Shown here one piece after another: positions 27,841-59,077 of a DNA stretch of 64,000 nucleotides. Origin of the DNA: Tubulanus polymorphus (Eukaryota; Animalia; Nemertea); assembly GCF_964204645.1 (NCBI RefSeq), contig NC_134036.1:3658001-3722000 (forward strand), read 5' to 3'. The notes beneath the pieces were generated by a model. It did no database searches and was not told the DNA's origin. It worked only from the letters and a program-made list of their open reading frames with translations. Made by a program: the position numbers and the translations under genes. Positions within the stretch are counted from its first letter, which is position 1. Every line of letters begins with the position of its first letter.

Positions 27841-29349
27841 GCGAAAAATTGTAAGCGAAGTTACGAACTGAAGCGTAATTGAGACGATCAAACATTGGAA
27901 GAATGGTGATGAAAAAGGATCGAATGTAGGCTGTTGAGAGTTGCAGGGCCCGTGCCGCCAAATAATAATGGTGCACGCTCATGTACTGGCATCACGACAT
28001 CGGTTCGTTATACATTTACATAAAAATACGAACCACCAGAATATCAGACGTATTACGGTAATTAATGTTGCTGGTCTCGCGCTCGAGTGTTTTGTCAAGA
28101 AAATAATTGGCAACTTATCAAAACCCGTTCACGGCAACTCGAGTATCAATCAATTAACGGTTTATTTTGTACTCGACTAATCGTACAAGCTCTAACCGTA
28201 TAATGGCTTTATTATTTTCAATATCGTCATGGTGATTATACGACAACGAACCGCGTCTGTGCCAAATTTGACGTTTTTATTCGTTCCAATGGGTAAGGCT
28301 AGAAAATGGATATACCTAATGTTTCTAATTTCGGCCGAGCTTAAAAGTTGATCCGGCCGCTGACAGTTGAGATAAATTTGAATATGCCGGTCATTTGCAT
28401 ATTGATTTTTCACGCGTGTCGCTATATTAGCTCTCCCCAACCCTCTTTTCCTAAACGGCCCGTTAGATGGCAAACATGCGCTCGAAATAATCTCTCTCCA
28501 GCGTCCTGCGGGAGGATAGAAAATTAACTTAAAAGAACATGCTGAAAAAATGAGACGTTTTACCTTGATAAGTTGTAATCTGGACGGGATGTCCTGCGAT
28601 ACAAAAGAAACGAATGCAAACGGATATTTTATTTTATTCACGAACGTTATTGGTAAAGCGATGTGCCATAACTCCCGGGTCAAGGAACATGTCTCAACCC
28701 GGTAGATGGCTGAACATTAAATTATAATGGTGTACAATTCACAACGTTATTATAGATTATGTATGACAAAAAATTTTTAGATTATTGTCTTAAGATTTGA
28801 ATTATCATTTCATATTTATTTCAATAATTAAGTAATAAAAATGTCAAATCCACCTTAAAACCAAAGATGCAAAACTGCGAAAAAGTTTCTGACTCTGAAT
28901 TTTCATTGCGGGTTTGACATTCTAGTTCCTAATTTGCGACATTTAATTCAATCTCAACTCTATTTCCAAAACGTAGCTTTCAAATGTTTAATGGTGCCCG
29001 CTTTTTTGTTTTCAGAATCAATAGTTAACAGTTACATAGAATGTATGGCTTATGCCAAAAGCCAACCGCTAAACAGATGGCGAGTTTGACGGTTAAGAAG
29101 AATGAAACAGCCGATATGATCAGAAATATTTAATGTTATTTCCAGGGGCATTTGAGAGACATTGTACAGAGAAATCTAGAAGAAAGATTACCCCACAACA
29201 GATTCTCAATAGTTTGCAAGAGAAAATTGCGAAGGGAACACGCGCTCCTCGTCTGAATCCGCCTCTGGGTTACCACAACATTTACCTAAAAACTGCAAAT
29301 AATACCAACGATCTTTCATTTTCATCCGTAGAACTAAATTGCACCGAAA

Positions 29350-32159
29350 TCATAAACTGTTCTTTAACCGATTTTCATATTCTTCTAGCTCCCGATGGCT
29401 GTGATCGACCGACCAGCATTCCGGTAAAAACCGCGGCTTCATCGTGTCGATAAAATGTTGCCTCCATTCGCGTTCGAATCGTATCAAACCTTCGTTTCTG
29501 GCGACGAACTCGACGACTTTTTTGCCGTGCGGCACGAAATCGTCGTTCGTCTCGTTCGGGTCGAGCTCGAGGACGGCTCCGAGCAGTTCGTCGTTGAGTT
29601 CGCGTACGTTACAGTAATCCTTCACCACTTTGCGTAACGCCGCTAGTCGCGGTTCGGGAATTTTGGCCGTACGGTTCAGCAACGCCTTCGCCGCGCTTTG
29701 CACCCGCACGATTTGCCGGTTTCGTTTGACCGACGTCTCCTCGGAGCCGACCGGCGCCGAACACCGGTCGGCCAGTCGCTGGCGCTCGATCGAGTCGTGA
29801 ATACCGCTGCGGTGGTGGCACCGCACGCACATCAGCAGGACGTCGTGCGAACGGTGGCTTTTCATCACCGCCGGGAAGTATTTTCGATACTCGTGCGGAA
29901 CGACGTTTTTGCGGATGTACGACTCGCCGTAGCCGCACACGACGCACACGTTCTCTTTAAAGTGGAGGTAGTAGTTGCGGTCGGACTGCGGTCGCCCGGA
30001 CGGTTCGAACGTCAAGCGTACGACGAGCGGCTCGTCGTTCACTTTCACTCCTAAACCTGAAAAAGATGCGAAAACAAAATATAAAACCTCTTTCGTTGGG
30101 GCGAAAATTCTCTCCTTGTTTCCTACTATATTGATAGAATGGTTTTTGCACGTCCCGGAACAGTATGCATGGATTGAGGGATCAAAATCTGCGACCGTTT
30201 TTTGAAAGTGTGAAGATAAAATGTCTAATATCTGGTGTTTGTAGTTCATTTTAAATTGAAAATGTCTCAGGTGAAGTACTGAACACATGTGAAGTGTGGG
30301 CGATCAGTTTGTGAAAGTGCGCAGATGAAATGTCTAATGTCTAGTGTTTGAAGTTCATTTTCAATTAGAAATGTTTCAGGTGAAGCACTGAACACGTGTG
30401 AAGTATGGACGATCACGCATTGGAAGAAAAGTGATAAATTAACACATTTCTTAGGTCTAGGTTGAATACCAGCAGTGCCAAATTAAACAATGTTACCTTT
30501 TTGAATGTACCATTCGGCCTTCTTCAAATCGCACGTGCACAAAAGCTGTCCGTCGGGCGCTTGCAGCTGGCAGTTGTGATACAGCGGGTTCTGGCGCACC
30601 GAATAACCGGTCAGTTTTTTAACGCTCGTCTCGCCGCACGGAACAGGCTGCTGTTTACGAGAAACGTTGCGAGGAGAATTCGCTTCACTGGATGCCTTGT
30701 ATTTCGAATCCAGAATACCTGAAAAAATAATTGAGCGACATACGATGAAAAATAAATTATTATATTATTGATACTATATTCAGACAAACAGTAATGCTTT
30801 TGTTTTGGACCCAATTTCATAGTTGTGAGTTAAGATTTCACTTGGAGTTAACTCATTCAAAATGAACTAATTTTAACTCAGAGTTTAAGGGTCCCGAAGA
30901 TCGAACTTAGATAAATCTAGAAAATTTCACATAACATTACGCATAACCCCTGGCTTTTGAATGGAGGCAAATTTCCCATTCTTAAAGTTCTTCAAACGTT
31001 GACCCTAAACTACTCCACCTAGAGACTATACCGTATGTACGAAGCCTTGCCAGTATATGGGGGGATGACGCTATTGAAAGGTCCAATCACAAGGGGAATC
31101 TTACAGTTGTAATCTTATGGAAGGTCTACGACTCTGACTTTAAACTTTCTCGGACAAAAACTCGAATAATTTTTTTTTTGCCGACGGACAAAAACTCGAA
31201 ATATTTTTTTTTTTTTCGTTTTCTAACTTATTTACCGATCCTAAACTCGCTAAACTCCTAAACTCGTACTAAGGTGGTCCAATATTGTCCGAGTAAGGTG
31301 AGGCTTACTGTACGAATTGTGAGAACCCGTGTAACCTACCTTGACAAGCGGCTTTTGCCGTATACGTAAATATCGCCTCTAACGTTTCGAGCTGCGCCAT
31401 CGTCGTCGTTAACTTATTATGTTTTTTGTTCGCCAAATTCTCCAAGTTCAACTCGGTGAAAATGTCTACGGCGACCAGCGCGTCGTTGGCCGCGTATTCG
31501 ATCTGCACCGGCGACAGAGAATCCGCTTCCCAATCGCCGCAACGCACCGACGAATCTTTATCGACGTCTTTACCGAGGATCAGTCGGCTTAGACCCTTCA
31601 GTCCGAGGCCGTTACCGTCGCGAAGTTCGGCCCGTATCCGCGGTCGATGCGCGCGACTACGCGCGGCCACGTTCCGCAAGTCGACGCAGCCGCGCGTCTC
31701 CAGCCCGTAGTCGGCGAGCAGCAGCTTGGCGTCGTCGAGAATTCCGACGCCGAATTTCAGGATCGTCCGATCGCGAAGCACGTCGACCAAACCGTCCGGA
31801 ACGGAGTCGAGCTTACTGAGTCGTATCAGCGCGCAGAAGCCGGTCTGAGTGGCGAGTTGGAGCAGAGCGACCGGGCGACGGACACCGGCGCTACTTACCC
31901 ATTCGCAGTCTAATCCCAGCACCGGTATCCGTTTTAGCTCGCTTAGGAGTTCGGCCTCGACGCCGTCGTCCCATTTCGAACGGGAATCGACGCAAACTAC
32001 GGTCTCTTTTTTACGACGTAATTTACGCTTGAGAATTTTCTCTTTTCGTCGATTAGCGTCTAACAGTTTCCTTCTGTTGGTTATGAACCAAAACCCGAAC
32101 GTACCGGCAGCTGCGGCGGCCACCAGCGCGGCTAAAGCCAGTTGAGTTGTTCGCTTCAT
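29350..32159 (-). CDS. EXD2: Exonuclease 3'-5' domain-containing protein 2, ~582 aa
   Basis: Exons 31340-32159, 30497-30718, 29350-30056. N-terminal TM anchor; DEDDy motifs VLGLDCEW, LLQLA, DWEADSLSPVQIEYAANDA; C-terminal PLYHNCQLQAPDGQLLCTCD, CVVCG...YIRKNVVPHEYRKYFP, HDVLLMCVRCH, WRQHFIDTMKPRFLP. Probable non-coding first exon with donor at ~32758. Confidence 0.95.
30190..30420 (+). repeat. 109-bp satellite-like unit, ~2 copies, in an EXD2 intron
   Basis: Unit landmarks at 30247 and 30356. Confidence 0.9.
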
Positions 32160-32295
32160 TTTAGAAAGTTATACGTATATATCTATAAAATGGAATAACA
32201 ATAAGTGAAGATAAGATAAAAAAAACCCACTATTTACAAATTAAAAGAAATCTAAAATCGAGAATTTATTTATTGAAACAATCTAAAATATAAGA

Positions 32296-32337
32296 ACACG
32301 ACGTTTCGATCTGACACTAGAGATCATCGTCAGCCTT
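32296..32337 (-). ncRNA. Minimal hammerhead ribozyme motif (Penelope-like remnant) in the EXD2 5'UTR intron, sense orientation
   Basis: Minus strand CTGACGA-t-GATCT(ctagtgtc)AGATC-GAAA-CGTC, followed by AATAAA; stem I pairs poorly. Confidence 0.65.
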
Positions 32338-33446
32338 GTTGTATAAAACATGTACAAATTGATACATGGCACACGAATACATGAAGCGATCTTGCAGTAA
32401 ATGCGAAATCCCTGGGGAGTTGGGGGGCACCCTTGGGAAATTTGAAAAAATCAGGAAAAAGATCATTTAAATTCTGGGCATCATAGTGATTCTAGAACAA
32501 AATGGCCCGCAATAATTTGCCACTGTATATGTGTAACTTTCAGGTGATATACGTGGGAATGAGTAATTAATGGAATAAAGCAAACCGATCTTGGCCGACG
32601 GCACCTGATTATGACGAATAAATAAAAATTTGAATTCAAAATAATTATGATGAATAAATATGAATTTGAATTGATGAAGAGTCGTTCACGGCTTTCCCGA
32701 AATTCAATCAAATTTTGTTGACGACATAAAACAGGTGCCCGATCACTGAGCACTTACCTCGCCGGTTCGAGTACGAATTGATGCCGGTTCAGACAGATAA
32801 ATATATTCTCTCGTTTAACACAAATCCCCACAGCACTTACAAGCCATTCAATTACCGAAAATGCAAAAAGCTTTTTAGACCGCAAAATTGCCTTCAATCT
32901 TTAGACCCAGATTGTGCTGCCATCTAGTGAGATTACATGATCATGGCCGGCAGTAGCTGGTGGCGCGAAGCTTTGAAAACGTCAGCTTTTTATCTTCAGC
33001 TGTTACCTACGATAGTTTTAGCCGTTTTGGTAGTAGTTGGTCACACTGAGGGAAACTGCGTGTATATACTGATTAATCATCGGTTATATAGTCAGTAGTC
33101 GACCATTTTGGGTTATGTAAGCCGTTGTATGTCATTGAAGGAAACTGCGCTGGCGCAACTGATGATGGTGGCGGTGACATGTTGATCGATCAAAACCTGG
33201 CAAATTTTCTTTTATTAACTATATATACATATAATTTATTCAAACATCAATTAAAGATTTACACGATAATAATAATACAAGTATGTTTTGGTACTAATTT
33301 TTCCCATTTACGATGGCAAATAACCGCGCGCGTATTTATTCTTTTAAGAATAATCTACACAAACAATAGGTAACATTGAAATGAAAGGTGGTTCTCGGTT
33401 ATCCGTCAGCTCAATGGTGCATCATCGTCATCATCAGTATGCTTCA

Positions 33447-52687
<19,241 letters not shown>

Positions 52688-55121
52688 TTTGAAAATCGCT
52701 GGGGCTTGTCTGAGTCTGCTCACTCTTTCTTGCTTCTTTAATTATCGATGGTCTGAGAAATAAAAATCAGTTATTTTCAGCAAATAATCGAACTTTTGTA
52801 GGCCCCTAAAAATTTCAAAATCTTGGTGATATCTTGGCTGGGTAGGACCTGGGCCAGCTGAAGCTCAAAAGTGGTAAATCAGTGTTTTAATATATTTAAA
52901 GATCTAGCCAGGCCAACTGTAGGCCAACTGTCCTGATGCTTGAGAGGAAAGAGCCTTCAAGTTCAAAAAAAAGAAAGGCAAAAACAGAAAATTGTCCAAA
53001 CGGACTTCTTTCTATCTCTCGACGGACACGACACCGCTTGAACTTCATTTTTTCGACTCAGTCTCACTCTCAGACTCTCAAGTTTGACAGTTCTTGATTG
53101 AATTTGATTGATTTTGATTGAAGGGGACAGTTTTGAATCGGATCAAGACATCTGCTTTCCTCACCGATTGAATTCGTGAAAATTAGTTTTCCGTACTTCA
53201 ATTCATTGCTCGTCTACGTGACGAACTTCATGTGACATTTTGGCGGTTAGAAAAATCCATAAAAATCACGAAAAATGAAAATATCTTTTTTTCATTTCCG
53301 GGTTAACGGCGCCATCTATCGCTTGTGCAACTAACTAAACTAAAATGTGGGTTCGAATCCCGGCAACGTCTAGCGATATTATCAAATACATCTTATTATA
53401 TTTTCGAATGTTTTCTATTCCTATGTTATCCATTATAAATGTAGGTCCACTTTTGTACTGTTTCTCCTGTGTTTTGATGTTGATATTTTATTGCATACAT
53501 CATTTTCTATAACCTTATATATTATATGGAGCAATAAGACTTAAGTTCAAGTTCATCTAATTACAAATCATATCGAAGTACCAGGTACCGGGTATATATA
53601 ATCAGGGAGGTGATACCTCCCTGATATAATCAAGTATAATATCATTCAGATTGTTTATAACTGCCCCTGATTACTGGAAAGCGCTTGTTTTCCAAATTAC
53701 AGCAGGATCTTCTAACGACTTGGCGATTGTCCCCTCAGCGCTTCCATTCCATTCAATTTCCCCTTAGTCAGACGGGGAAAATATTCAAGGGTACGGAAGC
53801 CCACATTGCGCAGTCACGGGTGAGGCGAGCCGGTTAGCAGAAATGAATTACCATTTGTGTTGGGACACAGATAATCCATCAGTGTGTGACAAGCGCAGGT
53901 GGAATATGAAGTGATGAACAAACAAGCACTAATGTCAACAACAGTTTAAATGCATCGTCATCAGTTCTAAAACATCTGTTACGAGTAATCTCCTAATCGC
54001 TTTTCGTTGCACGCGACTCCCTCTCTAATCCACATCATTCACACGAATAGCTTTCACACTAGCTTCTGCAGGCAGGCCTATAGGCTTCGTCATAAATCTT
54101 CGTATACCGTCGTCCATAAGAAAGCGAGAAGACCCAATTAAAATCAGTGCGGCCACGATAAAACGAACGAATGCTCCGCGTGAAAACGAAAACTCAGAAC
54201 TTCGCCTATATATAGCTTACCACAGAATTTTATTAGATGACAGAAACTGAAATAAACACGTACATCTTTTATAAATACACAGATGAAATAATTAGTTTTC
54301 GCTTTTTAAAACTACAACAAATTTTACAGATCAGGAAAGAATACTTCGAACCCTGTTCTGAAGTTGTGTCTATGTGAAAATCAGTTAGTATTCCGGTATA
54401 CCTTGTATTATCATAATTTCATTTTAACACTTCTCACATTTTCATAATATCTAAAAATAATAGTATCTAATAATGCGCGAAAAAATGGTCTATTTTGTAC
54501 ATGGATTTGAATACATTACTATCTTTATCAAGACATTCGCTTGCATTTTTTTAAACTATTAAACATGTCTACGAATAAGAATAGTAAATCAACAATTCTT
54601 GCTTTATGATGACTTTAACATGATAACTTGTATATTAGCTCGAATAGAATATAATCACGATGGCTCCAGGCTGTCGAAAATGATTACAGGGTTCTTACAG
54701 ATCTGGGAATCCAAAACTCCCCGATATTTTCCTGACCCTTGACCAAAAATTCCGTGATCAAATTTTAAGATATCCTCAGTGAGGGCGGCAAGAGGTTCCT
54801 CGCGCCGTTATCACCCTCAGCTAGAACGAGAGACACCAAAAATTCAAATTCCCATTTTTTCCCTGATTCAGAATTCCTTCAGCGTACGGAAAATTCAACC
54901 ATCAGAAATTCCCTGATCTGTAAAAACCTCGAAGAATTTCGACAATAAATCTCGGATAGTTAGTACCACAGTTATATAAGGCAGGCGAGACAAGTAACAT
55001 AATACGGACATTTTGATTCGATGAGATTCCAGAGTAAATCGATTTATCATCATTCGTCATTTCACGCAAACAGCCACATTTTAGTTCGAAATCTACAGAA
55101 AATAAGTAATAACACGTATTT

Positions 55122-55166
55122 TACCTGACGAAGCTACTATATACGCACTAGTAGCGAAAGCTCGTA
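55122..55166 (+). ncRNA. Minimal hammerhead ribozyme motif (Penelope-like remnant)
   Basis: TAC-CTGACGA-a-GCTACTA(tatacgcac)TAGTAGC-GAAA-GCTC-GTA: intact core, 7-bp stem II, palindromic AGCU stem III, CUC triplet. Confidence 0.78.
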
Positions 55167-55176
55167 TTCCTACAAA

Positions 55177-55344
55177 GGGATCATTCATTTATTACGTACG
55201 CATAAAATTTGAATTTTTCAACCCCCCTCACCCTCTGTACGCAAAATCGGCCATTTTTTGTATACATTAAGCATTACAGTACGCAATTGCACTGACCCCT
55301 CCCCCTCCCCTCCCCTAATGCGTACGTAATAAATGAATGACCCC
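55177..55344. mobile_element. MITE with ~26-bp TIRs
   Basis: GGGATCATTCATTTATTACGTACGCA...TGCGTACGTAATAAATGAATGACCCC. Confidence 0.85.
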
Positions 55345-55797
55345 AAAGCGCTATCAGTTCGCGCGCGCGCGCGCGTCTTACAGAAAAAAACATGCATACA
55401 ACCTTTTTTTGATTTTATGTCGATAATGAAAAACCTTTTCCCTAAAAAGTGAAAAAATCGGAATGAAAAACGTAGACGAAAAATATTCCGTGGTAACCTC
55501 GATCACCCATATCTAACACACGCGAAACCGATTGTTAACGCTGAATACGCGCGTATCCAAACTGTACGACATGAAAAAATATATATATATATATGTATAT
55601 AGGTCATTACGCGGTAGGCCCTGCTTAATCCGGATCATCCGCGACCGATGAAAACTTAATCCGTTTTTTTGTTAAGTTTAGAAATCGTATTCAGGGTGGG
55701 CAGTTTTTCACAAAGGTTATCGCCAAACTAATAACCGTTTAAGCTTAATAAACGTTCGCGTGAACCCGGACCCGGATCGCAATCCGACCCGAATTAA

Positions 55798-56077
55798 CCC
55801 TTTCAGTGCGTCTACACCGCAGTGCTGTGTATAAATCAGTAATAGATTTTGCTAGTACACCGCACTGCGGTGTATTGATTAATTAGTAATTATCTCTATG
55901 TTGAAAAATGGCAGCACCGAACACAGTGAAATACAAGTAACTAATGATACACCGCGCTGTGGTGTAGATGCATTATAGTGGTATGCCCATTATTCAACAC
56001 ACTAGGGTGGAATTTTCAAAAATTTAAAAAAATCATCTCCAGCACTATAGGGTATTAATTAGTCAGCACTGAAAGGG
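55798..56077 (+). mobile_element. piggyBac-type MITE, copy 4
   Basis: TTAA|CCCTTTCAGTGC...GCACTGAAAGGG|TTAA. Confidence 0.9.
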
Positions 56078-56843
56078 TTAAAGCGGCCGCCTACATGAAA
56101 ATTACACTCTCTTTTTATATAACAGAAACATTCTTAAATTCGTGAACATCTTTAATAATTACACATACAATTACCGTCCTTCCCGACTACTTTTGAAAAA
56201 AAATTGCAAAAATGGTTCTCCGTTCGCCGGAATAGTTCCGATTTGAAACGCACACTCAGTCATACGACGCAAGGGCTGCCGATGCGTGGGAAGTGCTATC
56301 GGTTGAAACTTTTTTTTCGGCGGAATAAGTTCCCGAATCTATTCATCGGCTAACTTCCCTTATTCATATTTAATCACCCATGATTTCGGGGAGCATTCAT
56401 TAAGTAGAACCAGCTACAGAAACTGAGCAGCTAGGACCAAAAGGTCAAAAAGTCGTTATTTCGAAGTTGAACTAAAAGTACATCACTTCGACCCAATTCA
56501 ATGAGCCGTTTTATAAACTGATACGAAAATGACTCATAACGTCGAGTAGAAACGTCAAGTCAAATACGCTTTGAGTTTCTCTTCATAATTATGGGTTTTT
56601 CTTAACTTGTTCACGGCCAAAAGCGACTGATACCGGTATTTCGTATATGACCTGTACACGCATCATCAAAAATAAGCTAACGCCATCTGGTGTATAAGGT
56701 ACGCACGATCATCCGGGAGTGAAAGGATTAAGCTGAATTACAAACAGTCAATTATGAAATACTACTTAACGAATGCTCCCTACGCGCGCAAAGGAAATAA
56801 ATCGTATACATTTTTAAAAAACATCGCGTCGACGCGGAGGCCG

Positions 56844-59077
56844 TTAAGTGACCACCGACGACATCGGACGCTTGTCAGTGAAGAAACTGCGCAGCACTAA
56901 AACCTGTCCGATGCCGACCAGCAGCACGATCACCGACTCGCCGATCGACCACCACTGTATACGATCGTGCAGGTCCTCGGCGAACACGCGGCCCGTCGCC
57001 TCGCGCAGACGGTGGTGCGTCTGATAGTCGATCACCACTTTCATCGCTTCGTGTATCGCGACCGACGACGACTCCATCTGGAAATATATTTAGAGAAAAC
57101 GATTTTACGATTTGCCGGAAATGTGTAGAGAATCGAGAAATATATTCGAAAATAACATTCAAAATAATCATCATTAGAAATAGGTAGATTATTAATGATT
57201 TTTAACAATGATTTTTATTGACAAAAAGTCTATTGTCTGGTTTTTTTGTAGTTCATTTTCAATTAAAAATGTCTCGGTTGAAGTCCTTTCAGTGCGGTGT
57301 ATAAATCAGCCATGGACTTTGTTTTTATCTCTATTGGAAGATGGTAGCACCTGTCAATCATAGTACGTAGTGCATCATTGGATGATACACCGCACCGTGG
57401 TGTAGACGCACTGAAGCGGTATGTCTGTTATACCAAAAATTCATAAAGACTAGTCTTTATGAATTTTTGGTTATACTGATTAGACGATACACCACACTGT
57501 GGTGTAGACACACTAAAGCAGTATGTCTGTTATACTCATTGGATGATACGTCGCATTGTGGTGTAGATGTCTGTTATTGTTATTGGATGATACACCGCAC
57601 TGGGTTGGAATTTCTAAAAAATTTCAAATTATCCCGGAGCACTTCCGGGTATCAGTAATTGAGCACCGAAGGGGTTAACCCGGTAACGACCCGTAAACCA
57701 CCCACCTGCGTCATCGCTGTCGCGTGTTGAGCCATATCCGGCAGGAGCGGCTTCTCGCTGCCGTGTTGGAAGTCGAAGTAAACCGTCTTGTGCGTGAACG
57801 TGCTGAACTCGTTGCTGAAGCAGAATTTGAACGTGCCCTTCTCGGCGGTCGTCCACGTGAACGAGTCGTATTGCTTTTTCTGGTCGCGGTACAAGATTTG
57901 ACCGCTCGGCGAGAACAGCTCCATATCGACGTCGTAGTTACCGCCGGTGATCACCTGTAAAACAACGGCGCGCGATATCAATCGATTGTTCCCAATACGG
58001 GAAAGTATGAAGTGAAAATATCTTCTAACGGTGAACTGGAAAATTCTTCTATCCAATCGAGATCATCCTCCCTCGGCAGGGATTCGAACCTGATGGCATC
58101 GCTACACTCAGCCACGGCACGAACCCCTGCCACAGTAGACCGGGTGCGCAGGTACATGCGCAGCTTTGCGGCACCAATCAGATTGCTCGTTGTATAATCG
58201 CTGAGGTAAATTTCACGGAAGAACTATAAATGGGAAAACCCGGGCTATATGAAACGAGATGTCTGATTGGCTGATAATGACATCATCTAAGCTGCGCACT
58301 TAGTCTAGTGTGGCAGGGTTTCGAGGATGAATTGAGATAAATTGGGATTCATTTCAATATTCAGTCTCCAAACAAAAACATCTAGTACCCTCGGGATACT
58401 GCCAAAATCGAGGCCTAGGCTGGCACATCATTGCAACTGGCGTCACAAAGGTGCATGGGTTGATGCGCATTGCGACATAGATGTCGTCGTGACCAATGCA
58501 AGGCCAACCTATGTCTTTAGGCAGAGTCCACACAGTAGCAAGATTAAGAGACTTAGCCCGATGCCTAGAAAGAAGCCCGTGCTGTTTAGAGGAGGCATCT
58601 TCACTTGAAACAGATTGCAACCGATTGCATCGCGAGACTCGGCCAGGTTCCTCCTTCGCAGGGATTTGAACCCAATGACATCGCGAGGCTCTGCAAGGAG
58701 TTGGACTTATGGCGATAGCATTATGAGACTTCGGCCTATAAAAAGTCAGCATATGCTAACACTAAACAGCACCCCTGCGCGTAACATATGCTTTGACTTT
58801 GTAGCCCAGTCCAACAGCGGCTCACTACCTGCTGCTGCTGGCATCTGGAAAAGAGTTACGATAAAAAGCAACGCTAACTGAAGTGGTTAATAAGGAATGA
58901 AAGCAATATCACGGCGATACCGACCTGGAATTCGATGGTAGCTTTAACACCGGCGTCGAGATCTTCGTGGAAGCATTGTTTAGCGTTATCCGGCAATTCG
59001 AATGTTAATTCACCGGCGTAAACTACACTGACCAGAACCAACAACGAAACCGTCACTAAAAACATCCTCGCGTCCAT
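56844..59077 (-). CDS. TMED7: Transmembrane emp24 domain-containing protein (p24 gamma, TMED7/TMED3 type), 211 aa
   Basis: Exons 58925-59077, 57706-57954, 56844-57077. Signal peptide, [70 protein letters not shown] tail. Confidence 0.93.
57285..57674 (+). mobile_element. piggyBac-type MITE, rearranged copy 5 with internal tandem expansion and an inserted palindrome
   Basis: CCTTTCAGTGC start, GAAGGGG|TTAA end, repeated GATACACC...GTGGTGTAGA units. Confidence 0.75.

Noticed and set aside
30057-30288. N-terminal extension of the 312-aa ORF 29350..30288
   Set aside because: Intron read-through into the 109-bp repeat; the EXD2 exon begins at the acceptor at 30056.
53640-54130. Possible integrase or retroelement remnant between TMED7 and USP8
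   Set aside because: Only vague similarity and multiple stops; not supportable.
58060-58115. B-box GGTTCGAATCC (also ~53350 and a variant at ~38100) suggesting tRNA genes
   Set aside because: No cloverleaf can be drawn; more likely tRNA-derived SINE fragments.
58340-58870. GC-richer segment with several ORFs in TMED7 intron 1
   Set aside because: No recognisable motif; probably a decayed repeat, cannot be classified without a search.
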